DNA from: Verrucomicrobiota bacterium
GTDB taxonomy: Bacteria > Verrucomicrobiota > Verrucomicrobiia > Limisphaerales > Palsa-1400
Assembly: GCA_050014435.1 (NCBI GenBank)
Contig: JBEKDI010000017.1
Span: 1,145 to 65,144 of the forward strand
Direction of reading: 5' to 3'
DNA: 64,000 nt
Positions 31,400 through 40,420 of the stretch are shown in pieces. Positions within the stretch are counted from its first letter, which is position 1. The number at the start of each line of letters is the position of its first letter. A program made the position numbers and the translations under genes. The notes under the pieces were generated by a model. It saw only the letters and a list, made by a program, of their open reading frames with translations. It searched no databases and was not told the DNA's origin.

Positions 31400-32029
31400 T
31401 TAGTTTCCCCCTTTTGCCTCTTTGTCATCCCCAGGCGCGAGAGGCGCGCCGGCGTTGAGTTCCTTGATCAAGCTGTCGGTCATGTCGTTCGCGCCTGCGG
31501 TAAAAAGAATGATCGGCGCCATGTTGGCGCTTTCGCCGGAGACGTCCAAAACCAGGGTGTAACCGGCGCCTTTGGCGTCCGCATCCAGAACGGTGCGGAT
31601 CTCTTTGACGATGTCATCACGGCGCTGGCGTTCTTTCTCGCGCAGGCGGGCGGCGCTGGCGCGGTCATATTCCTGGATGTTTTGCCCCGAGTTCTTGACT
31701 TCGCGCAATTTTTCGGCGGCGGCGGTTTTGCTCTTGGCCCGCTCCTCGGCGGAAACCGCCTGGTCTTCCGCCTTGTCAATTAACTTTTGCCACTCGGCTT
31801 CCTGTTTTTGTTCGGCGTCAACCATGTCCTTGCGCTCTTTTTGCATTTCGGCGGCCTCCTGCTTGAGGGCGGCGGTGGAGCGGACGGTCTTGTAATATTT
31901 CTCGAAGACCTTTTGCAGATCGACGGTGGCGATTTTTTGCTCGACCGGCGCGCCGTGCGCGGCCAGCAGGCTCAAGCCAAAGGCGGCCGCCGTGATCGCC
32001 ATCATTTGAAGCGTTTTTTTCATAAGCAT
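31400..32029 (-). CDS. skp: OmpH/Skp-family periplasmic chaperone
   Basis: Signal peptide, then 'KIATVDLQKVFEKYYKT' and a long charged coiled-coil body. It lies immediately downstream of bamA. Confidence 0.85.
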   Translation of the reverse strand: MLMKKTLQMMAITAAAFGLSLLAAHGAPVEQKIATVDLQKVFEKYYKTVRSTAALKQEAAEMQKERKDMVDAEQKQEAEWQKLIDKAEDQAVSAEERAKSKTAAAEKLREVKNSGQNIQEYDRASAARLREKERQRRDDIVKEIRTVLDADAKGAGYTLVLDVSGESANMAPIILFTAGANDMTDSLIKELNAGAPLAPGDDKEAKGGN

Positions 32030-32039
32030 CTACAAGCAT

Positions 32040-34511
32040 TTAAAAGGGATGCGTGTAACCGACGCCAATTTGGAATCGGCCACTGCTGCCAAGGTTCGGA
32101 TCATGCGTAATTGGGATGCCGTAGTCCAGCCGCAAAGGAATGCCGCCGCCAATGGGCAAAGCAATGCGCAGGCCCATGCCCGCGTCGTCAGTGATCAACC
32201 TGCGGCCAGGGCCGGGGCTGAAGCTGTAGGCTTCGGTGAAAACATTGCCTGCGTCGTAGAACCAAGCCAGACGCACCATCTTGACGATCGGGATGCTGTA
32301 TTCAGCCACGCCATAGAAGTAGGTGTCGCCGCCCAGCGGCTCCCCGAATTGGTCCTCGGGTCCGACGGTCTGATATTTGTAGCCGCGCAAATTGTAAAGA
32401 CCGCCCAAAAACCAGCGTTCGAAAAGGGGCACCTGAGTGGTGTCACCGTAGTTGTCCACCACCCCAGTGCGCGCGCCGAGTTCCAACACCTGGTTGCTGC
32501 CGAAGCCTTTGAAATACCAGTCGGTCGTCAGTTCCAGTTTATAAAAATCCGTGTCGCCGGGCGATGTGGCCACCTCGGCGGAAACCGAGGTGCGCTGGCC
32601 GCGATCGGGCAGATTCAAATTGTTGCGGGTGTCATAAGCCAGGGACACGCCTTCCTTGGAAATCAAATACGTGCCGTGCGAATCGTAGATGTTGGTGGAG
32701 ATATTGGGACCGTTGACTTGGTTGGTTTGGTATAGGCCGCCCGCAGCGGTGGCGTAATTGGTGCTTGAATTGGTGGTGTAGCCCGAATTGATGGAGATGT
32801 GGGCGTCTTCAAAGGTGTAGCTGACCGTGCCGCGCAAGACCTGCGGATCAAGACCCACCAAGCCGCCGAGGGCCTTGGTCAGGCTCAAGGTGCCGCCGTC
32901 GAAGGTTTCATCATACTCGTTATTAGCGCTGGCGTAATAGATGTTCCGGTGAAAGAGATCCACATTGAAAATGAGCCGTTTGCCCAGGAACCACGGCTCC
33001 GTAAAGGAAACTTCGTAATCCTGCAACTCTGTGCCGATCGAGGCCCGGATCTGGAATTTTTGCCCGGCACCGGTAAAGGTGGGCGGATTGAACAAATCAA
33101 AGTCGCCCTGCTTCAGCTCGACGAAACCAACCAGGCTCTCCACGGAACTGAATCCAGCGCCAACGGTGAAATTGCCCGTACTCTTCTCCTCAACTCCAAT
33201 GACCAAGTCCTTGCGGTTCGGCACATCGGTGTCCTGCGCTTGGGTGTCCACCTTGGAGAAATAGCCAAGCTGGTCCAGGCGGGATTTGCTGATTTTGACG
33301 CGGACCATATCATACACCTCGCCGGGATAAACGGCTAGTTCGCGGCGCAGGACGCGATCCTTGGTTTTCGTGTTGCCTTTGATTTCGATTTTCTCGATGT
33401 AACATTTCTCGCCTTCTTCTATATCGTACGAGATGTCGATGGTGCCGGTGGTCGGATTGGGCGTGCGTGTGGCGGTGACGGTCGTCGTGCCGCCCTGCTC
33501 GCGGTCCAGATACCCGCGGGAGCCATACAAATCCCGCAGGGTGTCCGTGTCCCTGGTGAATGCCGCCGGCTTGAAGATTTTGCCGGGGGTCATCTCCAGC
33601 TTCAATCGGCCGGTGCCGGCCGAAACGCCCTTGAGAAAGTCATTGGTCGAGAACAGGGTGTTGCCTTTGATATCGAGAGACCCGACTTTGTATTGACGGC
33701 CTTCCGAGACGAGAAAACGAATGATCATTTTGGCTGGAGTCACGTAATCGAATTTGATGTCCTGGATGGCAAAATCAATGTACCCGTCGTTTTGGTAAAA
33801 CTCCACCAGGGTGTCCTTGTCATCCTCAAAGTCATCCTCCTTCAAAACACCGGAGCCGGTCAGCCACGAAAACATCCAGTGGCGACGGGTTTTGATGGCC
33901 TTGCGCAATGGCTTCTGCTTAAAAGCGCTGGCGTTGACAAAGACGACGTCCGTAATTCTGACCTTCGGGGTTTCATGAATCAGGAACGTGACCGAGCCGC
34001 GACCGGCCAACTCATCGATGACCGGCGGCTGGGCAACGACTGTGGTCTTCTGATATCCGCCTTTCTCATAGACCTTCTGCATTTCCTGGGCGTCCTCAAA
34101 AAGCTTCCTCTCGTCCAAGGGCTGGCCGACCTTCGACGTGATCTTCTTCTGAAGCTTCTTGACCTTCATTTTTTTGTTTCCGACAATTTTGATGTCCGTC
34201 AGGATCGGCTTGCCTTGCAAGGCGTAAGTCAAATCCATCCCTTCGGAAGTGGATTCCTCGCCCACTTGGATTTTAAAGAAGTAACCGGTGGCATAGAGGT
34301 TTTTGATGTCTTCATCCACCGTCGGGCGGGTAAACGTCTCGCCCACTTTGGTGCGAATGTTGGCGCGGATGAACTCGTCGCTGACCGCGGGGGGGCCGAC
34401 GTGACGGATCAGTATTTGATGAACGCGCGGCGCGAAGGCCTGGCCTTGGACGGAATGCCCCGGCAGCAAAACCACCAGCAGGAGCAGCGCGAAACGAAGG
34501 GGGGTTTTCAT
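32040..34511 (-). CDS. bamA: Outer membrane protein assembly factor BamA
   Basis: POTRA-like repeats precede an Omp85 beta-barrel. The C-terminus ends in aromatic 'VGYTHPF'. Position is next to skp. Confidence 0.93.
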   Translation of the reverse strand: MKTPLRFALLLLVVLLPGHSVQGQAFAPRVHQILIRHVGPPAVSDEFIRANIRTKVGETFTRPTVDEDIKNLYATGYFFKIQVGEESTSEGMDLTYALQGKPILTDIKIVGNKKMKVKKLQKKITSKVGQPLDERKLFEDAQEMQKVYEKGGYQKTTVVAQPPVIDELAGRGSVTFLIHETPKVRITDVVFVNASAFKQKPLRKAIKTRRHWMFSWLTGSGVLKEDDFEDDKDTLVEFYQNDGYIDFAIQDIKFDYVTPAKMIIRFLVSEGRQYKVGSLDIKGNTLFSTNDFLKGVSAGTGRLKLEMTPGKIFKPAAFTRDTDTLRDLYGSRGYLDREQGGTTTVTATRTPNPTTGTIDISYDIEEGEKCYIEKIEIKGNTKTKDRVLRRELAVYPGEVYDMVRVKISKSRLDQLGYFSKVDTQAQDTDVPNRKDLVIGVEEKSTGNFTVGAGFSSVESLVGFVELKQGDFDLFNPPTFTGAGQKFQIRASIGTELQDYEVSFTEPWFLGKRLIFNVDLFHRNIYYASANNEYDETFDGGTLSLTKALGGLVGLDPQVLRGTVSYTFEDAHISINSGYTTNSSTNYATAAGGLYQTNQVNGPNISTNIYDSHGTYLISKEGVSLAYDTRNNLNLPDRGQRTSVSAEVATSPGDTDFYKLELTTDWYFKGFGSNQVLELGARTGVVDNYGDTTQVPLFERWFLGGLYNLRGYKYQTVGPEDQFGEPLGGDTYFYGVAEYSIPIVKMVRLAWFYDAGNVFTEAYSFSPGPGRRLITDDAGMGLRIALPIGGGIPLRLDYGIPITHDPNLGSSGRFQIGVGYTHPF

Positions 34512-34514
34512 CGC

Positions 34515-35981
34515 TTAGTTGTCGGCATCCTCCGCGCTGATTTTGGCCGCGCTCTCGAAGCGCGTGTAATTCTTGAGGAAGGTCAGATCAACGTCCCCGG
34601 TCGGCCCGTTGCGTTGTTTGGCAATGCACAGTTTCACAGGTATGGCCTCTTGCTCCTCTTCATTTGTCTCGTCGTCTCCGTCTTTGTTTTTTGTCTCTCG
34701 ATACAATAAACCCACCAAATCGGCGTCCTGCTCAATGGCCCCCGACTCGCGCAAATCGGACAAGCGCGGGCGCTCGCCCGGACCGCGTTTCTCCAGCTCG
34801 CGATTGAGCTGGCTCAGGACGATGATCGGGACACTCAGTTCCTTGGCCAGGGACTTGATGCCCCCGGAGATCTCCGCGATTTCCTGTTGCCGGTTCTCCA
34901 CGCGCCGCGAAGTAGAATTCAGCAACTGCAAGTAGTCAATGACAAATAACTTGATGCCATACTGCTGCCACATCCGGCGCGCCTTGGCCCGCAACTGTAA
35001 AATGGACAGCGCGGAGCTGTCGTCAATGAAAAGCGGAGCGCCAGCCAGCCTGCCGGCGGCGCCGGTCAACTTGGGAAAATCCCGTTCGGCGAGGAATCCC
35101 TCCCGGATGTTGCGCAAGTTGACCCGGGAGCGGGAGCAGAGCATGCGCAGCACCAGTTGGTCGGCGGTCATTTCCAGGCTGAACACGCCCACCGGCACCT
35201 TCAACTCCAGGCTCACGTGTTCGGCGATGTTCATGGCCAGCGAAGTCTTGCCCACAGACGGACGCGCCGCGATGACGATCATTTCGCCCTCATGCAAACC
35301 GGTGGTCATTTTGTCCAAATCGGCAAAGCCGGTGGCGATGCCGGTCAACATGCCGTGGTTTTGGTGGTACTCCTCGATTTTTGAAATGGCTTTATTGACC
35401 AGTTCCTTGATGCCCAAACTGACTCCGGCCACCCGCTCCTCGCTGATGCGCAAAATGTCCCGCTCGACTTCATCGAGCAAAGCCTCCACCTGCCCCTCAT
35501 AATCGAACACGCGCCCCACGATGCCGGTGCAGGTCTGGATCATCTTGCGCAGCAGATATTTCTCCAGAACGATGTCCAGGTAATATTCCAGATTGGCCGC
35601 CGAAGGAACGGCATCAGGGAGAGACGATAAATAAGCCAGGCCGCCGACATTCTCAAGCTGCTGCGAGTTTTTCAGGCGCTGCTGCAGGGTGATCAGATCG
35701 ATGGCCTCCTTCCGATCGTACATCTCCGCCAGGGTTTGAAAGAGCGTCTGGTGACGGAGATCATAAAAAATTTCGTGGCCAGATTTGAGCTTCTCGATGC
35801 ATTCGCCCATGCAATCGTGGGGCGAGAGCAGGACGCAACCCAGGACGCCTTGCTCCGCTTCGATGGAATGGGGCGGGAGGCGGTCGATTTTGGGAGTGCC
35901 GGCGGTGGCGGAAGTCTTGCGCCGCGATTTCTTCGGGTCAGCGACGGTGGCACTGCTCTCGGGAATGGTCGAGTCGATCAT
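34515..35981 (-). CDS. dnaB: Replicative DNA helicase
   Basis: 'PHSIEAEQGVLGCVLL' at the N-terminus, Walker A 'AARPSVGKTSLAMN', 'LFVIDYLQL' and 'IAKQRNGPTG'. Confidence 0.95.
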   Translation of the reverse strand: MIDSTIPESSATVADPKKSRRKTSATAGTPKIDRLPPHSIEAEQGVLGCVLLSPHDCMGECIEKLKSGHEIFYDLRHQTLFQTLAEMYDRKEAIDLITLQQRLKNSQQLENVGGLAYLSSLPDAVPSAANLEYYLDIVLEKYLLRKMIQTCTGIVGRVFDYEGQVEALLDEVERDILRISEERVAGVSLGIKELVNKAISKIEEYHQNHGMLTGIATGFADLDKMTTGLHEGEMIVIAARPSVGKTSLAMNIAEHVSLELKVPVGVFSLEMTADQLVLRMLCSRSRVNLRNIREGFLAERDFPKLTGAAGRLAGAPLFIDDSSALSILQLRAKARRMWQQYGIKLFVIDYLQLLNSTSRRVENRQQEIAEISGGIKSLAKELSVPIIVLSQLNRELEKRGPGERPRLSDLRESGAIEQDADLVGLLYRETKNKDGDDETNEEEQEAIPVKLCIAKQRNGPTGDVDLTFLKNYTRFESAAKISAEDADN

Positions 35982-36038
35982 GGCGAGATTATCATTTTTG
36001 AACGGCGTCGCGTAAATCCAAAACGCTCCACAGGTTAT

Positions 36039-37175
36039 TCACTTCATTGCCTCCTGCCGTGCCCAGGCATCGGCGGCCAGGATCTGGTTCAGGTCAGGAT
36101 GATTGACCACGGCGTGATGGTCCATGACCTGGGCCACGATCTGGCTGATCCGCGGAAAATTGATTCGTCTGTCCAGGAACGCGCTGACGGCTGATTCGTT
36201 GGCGGCGTTGAAAACGGCGGGCAAAGTGCCGCCTGCCTCTCCTGCTCTTCGCGCCAGAGCCAGCGCCGGGAACCTTTCCACATCGGGTTCTTCAAAGGTC
36301 AGTTGACCCAGCCGGGCCAGGTTGGTTTGCACACGGTCGCTGCGGACGCGGGCGGGATAGGTCAGCGCATACTGAATGGGCAAACACATGTCGGGCGTGG
36401 AGATTTGTGCCAGGATCGAGCCATCGACAAATTCAACCATCGAATGCACGATGCTTTGCGGATGGACCACCACCCGGACCCGTTCCATCTGGATGTTGAA
36501 GAGCCAGCGGGCTTCGATCATCTCCAGGCCTTTGTTGAAAAGTGTCGCGGAATCAATCGTGATTTTCCGGCCCATGACCCACGACGGGTGCTTGAGCGCC
36601 TGCTCGACCGTAATGGAGGCAAACTGCTCTTTCGGCAGAGTCCGAAACGGCCCGCCCGACGCGGTCAGCCACAAGGCGCGCACCGACTCCGGCGGTTTGC
36701 CATCCAGGCACTGAAAAATCGCCGAATGTTCGCTGTCCACAGTCAGGATTCGCACGCCGTTTTTTTGCGCTTCGCGCATGACGATCTCGCCCGCCATGAC
36801 GAGAATCTCCTTGGAAGCCACGGCGATGTCTTTGCCGGCGCGAATGGCCGCCAGGGCCGGCTGCAATCCCGCCGTACCGACGATGGCAATTAAAACAATG
36901 TCCGCTGCCGGCAAGGTGGCCAGCTTGAGCAGTCCTTCCGCCCCGAAGAAAACCTTGGTCGAGCCCCCCAAAGTGCCTTGCAATTCCTGCGCTTTGGCGG
37001 GGTCGCTAATACAGATGGCCTCGGGACGATGCCGCAGAGTTTGCTTGAGCAAAAGTTCGGCATTGTTGCCGGCCGCCAAACCGAGCAGACGGATTTGGTC
37101 CGGCAAGTCCTCCGCCACTTTCACGGTGCTGGTCCCGATGGAGCCGGTCGAACCGAGGAGAACAACATTTTTCAT
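36039..37175 (-). CDS. dxr: 1-deoxy-D-xylulose 5-phosphate reductoisomerase
   Basis: 'LGSTGSIGTST', 'DSEHSAIFQCL' and 'HPSWVMGRKITIDSATL'. Confidence 0.96.
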   Translation of the reverse strand: MKNVVLLGSTGSIGTSTVKVAEDLPDQIRLLGLAAGNNAELLLKQTLRHRPEAICISDPAKAQELQGTLGGSTKVFFGAEGLLKLATLPAADIVLIAIVGTAGLQPALAAIRAGKDIAVASKEILVMAGEIVMREAQKNGVRILTVDSEHSAIFQCLDGKPPESVRALWLTASGGPFRTLPKEQFASITVEQALKHPSWVMGRKITIDSATLFNKGLEMIEARWLFNIQMERVRVVVHPQSIVHSMVEFVDGSILAQISTPDMCLPIQYALTYPARVRSDRVQTNLARLGQLTFEEPDVERFPALALARRAGEAGGTLPAVFNAANESAVSAFLDRRINFPRISQIVAQVMDHHAVVNHPDLNQILAADAWARQEAMK

Positions 37176-37215
37176 ACAGAAGAACGCCAGTGCTGGATTC
37201 AGGGAGCGAATTCTC

Positions 37216-38133
37216 TCATGGCGTCAGCACATGGCGCAAATACAAATACATCAGGGGCGCATTAAACAGCAAACTGTCGAGCAAGTCGAGGATTCCGCCA
37301 ATGCCGGGAAAGAGCCGCCCCGAATCCTTCAGGCCCGCCTCGCGTTTGAAAAGCGATTCGATCAAATCGCCCACCACCGCCGCGAGGCTCAAAACGACCC
37401 CTAGAATGACGGCGTGGGTCGTCGTCATGCCGCTCAGATGCCCGCCCGCGACTCGGGCAAAGAGCATGCTGGCAGCGGTTGAAACCACAATCGCCCCGCA
37501 AAAGCCCTCCCAGGTTTTCCCCGGACTGATCCGCGGGATCATTTTGTGTTTGCCGATGAGTGACCCCACCGCATAAGCGCCGCAATCGGCCAGTTTGGTG
37601 ACAACAACAAAATATAGGACGTAGTAATGCCCCTCCACGCCGCGCCCGAAGAAATTAATTTTCTGAATGAAGTTGAGCAGCCACGGCACGTACATGAGGC
37701 CAAAAAGCGTGGTGGAAATGGCGATGATGCCGGTGGTCGTGTGGCGCGAGGCAAACTGCCGGATGCACAACCCCAAAACGAACAGAATAAAAAAGCTCGT
37801 CTCAAAATCATTGACCCGCGACGGCGGAGCGGCGATCCCAAACCGGCCCGACACATAACAAAACGTGGCCGCCAGCAGAAGCACTCCCCCGAAAATACCT
37901 TCCTTCGCGAAGCAGTCGTGTCCCAGCTTCGCCACCATCCCGTAGAATTCCTGCAATCCCGCCGCGGCCAGGATCACCAGGATGATCAGGAAGACGTAAT
38001 CCGAGACGACTTTGTTTCCCGAAAACAGGGAGCCGAGCACAATGCCCCAAAGCACGGTGAAACTGAGCAGGCGCCGCAGGAAAACCGCCCCCTTGGACGA
38101 TGGCGCAACCGGAACATTCTCTGGTTCGGACAT
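37216..38133 (-). CDS. cdsA: Phosphatidate cytidylyltransferase
   Basis: Polytopic membrane protein with the signature 'SPGKTWEGFCGA...GDLIESLFKR..G.KDSG...PG.GGILD..DS'. Confidence 0.92.
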   Translation of the reverse strand: MSEPENVPVAPSSKGAVFLRRLLSFTVLWGIVLGSLFSGNKVVSDYVFLIILVILAAAGLQEFYGMVAKLGHDCFAKEGIFGGVLLLAATFCYVSGRFGIAAPPSRVNDFETSFFILFVLGLCIRQFASRHTTTGIIAISTTLFGLMYVPWLLNFIQKINFFGRGVEGHYYVLYFVVVTKLADCGAYAVGSLIGKHKMIPRISPGKTWEGFCGAIVVSTAASMLFARVAGGHLSGMTTTHAVILGVVLSLAAVVGDLIESLFKREAGLKDSGRLFPGIGGILDLLDSLLFNAPLMYLYLRHVLTP

Positions 38134-38178
38134 GGAAAAAGGAAATTAACGGACAACGGAAAACTGTCCAGTCCCATC

Positions 38179-38913
38179 TCAGACCAGACCAAAGCGACGA
38201 TGACGGCGGGTGTATTCCTCGAGCGCGTCAAAGAACTGCGCTTTGCGAAAGTCCGGCCAAAGGGTGGGAGTCACGACCAGTTCGGAGTAGGAAATTTGCC
38301 ACAACAAAAAGTTGCTGATCCGCATCTCGCCGCTGGTGCGAATCAGCAAGTCGGGATCGGGATAAAGCCGCGTGTAAAGATTCTCCGAAATCAACGATTC
38401 ATTGATCTCCGCCGGTTCCAGCTCGCCATCCTTGATCTTTTGGCCGATGCTCCGCACCGCCTCGACCAACTCCGTCCGTCCGCCATAGCTCAGGGCCAGG
38501 ATCAAAGTCAGTCCGTTGTTTTTGGCCAGGGCGGCTTTGGTTTTCTTCAACTGGTCCTGCACAAACTCCGGCAGGCGGTAAATCTGGCCAATGGCGTCGA
38601 GCCGCACGTTGTTCTTGTTCAATTCGCCAATTTCGTTCTTGAGGAATCTGGCCAGGTAACGCATCAGCGTGTCCACTTCATCCTTGGGCCGGTTCCAATT
38701 CTCCACCGAAAACGCATACAGAGTCAGATACTTGACACCCGCCTCGCCCGCCGCCCGCACGATCGCCCGCACGGATTCAACGCCGTTGCGGTGTCCCTCC
38801 ACCCGTGGCAAATGCCGTCGTTTGGCCCAACGCCCGTTGCCGTCCATGATAATGGCCACATGCGTCGGCACGGTGGCTTGGGCTTGGGGACTGAGTGCGG
38901 GTCGAGTGTTCAA
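38179..38913 (-). CDS. uppS: Isoprenyl transferase (undecaprenyl diphosphate synthase)
   Basis: 'HVAIIMDGNGRWA', 'LTLYAFSVENW.RP' and 'DLLIRTSGE.R.SNFLLWQ'. Confidence 0.96.
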   Translation of the reverse strand: MNTRPALSPQAQATVPTHVAIIMDGNGRWAKRRHLPRVEGHRNGVESVRAIVRAAGEAGVKYLTLYAFSVENWNRPKDEVDTLMRYLARFLKNEIGELNKNNVRLDAIGQIYRLPEFVQDQLKKTKAALAKNNGLTLILALSYGGRTELVEAVRSIGQKIKDGELEPAEINESLISENLYTRLYPDPDLLIRTSGEMRISNFLLWQISYSELVVTPTLWPDFRKAQFFDALEEYTRRHRRFGLV

Positions 38914-38919
38914 AGCGCG

Positions 38920-39198
38920 TCACTCGTTTTCATTATTCTTATCGACGCGGCGCTGCAAACCGACCGACTGCGCGATGTCGTCGAATTCATCGCGGCTGAC
39001 GTCCTCCAGTTTCTTGCCTTTGGCGGCCAGCTTCTCGTTGATCTTGATGGCCTTCTCGGTCATGGCGTCGTGCGTTTCCTGGGTGCCGCCGACGAGGGCG
39101 AAATTGGGGCCGGTGGTCAAACGCTTGTGGCCATCGGAGTCAAGACCAATTCCGAGCACCAGCGCCGTTTTCTTCCTTTTTTGCGGTTGAGCCACCAC
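38920..39198 (-). CDS. Small conserved-looking hypothetical protein (92 aa) with acidic tail
   Basis: Clean ORF 6 nt upstream of uppS: 'LGIGLDSDGHKRLTTGPNFALVGGTQETHDAMTEKA...', ending '...DKNNENE'. No family recognised. Confidence 0.55.
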   Translation of the reverse strand: MVAQPQKRKKTALVLGIGLDSDGHKRLTTGPNFALVGGTQETHDAMTEKAIKINEKLAAKGKKLEDVSRDEFDDIAQSVGLQRRVDKNNENE

Positions 39199-39253
39199 TG
39201 CAGAATAAACCCCTTCCCCGGCGGTTCAAGCCGAAAAGCCGAGAGACAACCGG

Positions 39254-40336
39254 TCAGCGTTGAATCCGGGCCGAGCCGCCCTTGGCGAAGGCGCGGACTT
39301 CTTCCACGGTGGACATGGTCGTGTCGCCCGGGAATGTGGTCAGCAATGCGCCGTGCGCCCAGCCGAGCTTGACGGATTCTTCCGGGGTCTCGCCTGTAAG
39401 CAGGCCGTAAATGAAGCCGGCGGCAAAGCCGTCGCCGCCGCCGACGCGGTCGTGGACCGCCAATTCGCAGGTGGGTGAGGTGAAGGTCTTGCCGTTGATC
39501 CAGGCCACAGCGGCCCAACTATGATGGTTGGTGGAGTGCACTTCGCGCAAGGTGGTGGCGACGACTTTGACTCGCGGAAACAGTTGCACGACACGGTTGA
39601 TCATGGCGACGAATGTGCTTGGGTCCAATTTGGATTTTCCCGCCACTTCCGGGCCGGGGATGCCAAGGCCCTTTTGCAAATCCTCCTCATTGCCCACCAG
39701 AACATCGACATTCTCCACGATGCGCCGGAGGACGGACTGGGCGCGCTCCTGCCCGCCGACGGAGTGCCAAAGTTTGGCGCGGTAATTCAAATCAAAGGAC
39801 ACCACCGCCCCCGCCGACTTCGCCGCCCGCATGGCTTCGATGATCAGTTCCGGCGTGGTCTCGGACAGGGCCGCGAAAATGCCGCCGCTGTGAAACCACC
39901 GCACGCCCGCGCCAAAAATGGCGGCCCAGTCGAAGTCCCCGGGTTTGAGCAGGGCGGCGGCTTCATTGGAGCGATTGTAAAAGACGACGGGCGCGCGCAC
40001 GCCGAATCCGCGATCGCTGTAAACGGTGGCGATGGCCGGTCCGCGGATGCCGTCATGCTTGAACTGCTTGTAAAAAGGTTTGACACCCATGGCCCTGACC
40101 TGTCCGGCCACCAGCGCGCCGATGGGGTAATCCACCATCGCCGTGGCGATGCCCGTCCGCATCTGAAAGCAGTCCGACAAGTTGGCCGCGACGTTGAATT
40201 CGCCTCCGCTGACGTGGACCGTGAAGTGCGTGGCTTTGCGGAAGGGGACGATGCCCGGATCAAGGCGATGGACCAGGGCGCCGAGGGAAAGCAAGTCAAG
40301 GTCGCCGCGGGCTGGAATATCAAATCCGTAGTTCAT
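39254..40336 (-). CDS. PfkB-family sugar kinase (2-dehydro-3-deoxygluconokinase-like)
   Basis: PfkB signature region 'AVHDRVGGGDGFAAGFIYG' and an N-terminal 'GGEFNVAANL'-type motif. Confidence 0.85.
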   Translation of the reverse strand: MNYGFDIPARGDLDLLSLGALVHRLDPGIVPFRKATHFTVHVSGGEFNVAANLSDCFQMRTGIATAMVDYPIGALVAGQVRAMGVKPFYKQFKHDGIRGPAIATVYSDRGFGVRAPVVFYNRSNEAAALLKPGDFDWAAIFGAGVRWFHSGGIFAALSETTPELIIEAMRAAKSAGAVVSFDLNYRAKLWHSVGGQERAQSVLRRIVENVDVLVGNEEDLQKGLGIPGPEVAGKSKLDPSTFVAMINRVVQLFPRVKVVATTLREVHSTNHHSWAAVAWINGKTFTSPTCELAVHDRVGGGDGFAAGFIYGLLTGETPEESVKLGWAHGALLTTFPGDTTMSTVEEVRAFAKGGSARIQR

Positions 40337-40397
40337 ATAATATAAGGAGAATGTCTAATGACTAAATTCTAATGACCAGTCAATTCTCAAATGATTC

Positions 40398-40417
40398 AAT
40401 GACGCAATTTCGTCATT
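40398..40417. terminator. Short palindrome directly after the DnaJ-like gene stop
   Basis: AATGACG-caattt-CGTCATT lies 3 nt beyond the TAA of 40421..41440. It is part of an AT-rich block with repeated TAATGAC words. Confidence 0.35.
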
Positions 40418-40420
40418 CCT

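Noticed and set aside
38920-39198. The 92-aa protein ending in ...NENE, and the 437-aa protein ending in ...RFGE, as possible Pup/UBact-like modifiers because of a C-terminal Glu
   Set aside because: They lie 12-30 kb from the mpa/dop pair. There is no Gly-Gly or RxGE-type tail and no resemblance to the Pup or UBact sequences I remember. One is far too large. A terminal Glu alone is not evidence.
40345-40365. Plus-strand AAGGAG followed by a 4-codon mini-ORF (ATG TCT AAT GAC TAA)
   Set aside because: The spacing between the SD-like word and the ATG is about 1 nt. The ORF is trivially short and lies in a spacer between two minus-strand genes, so it is most likely chance.
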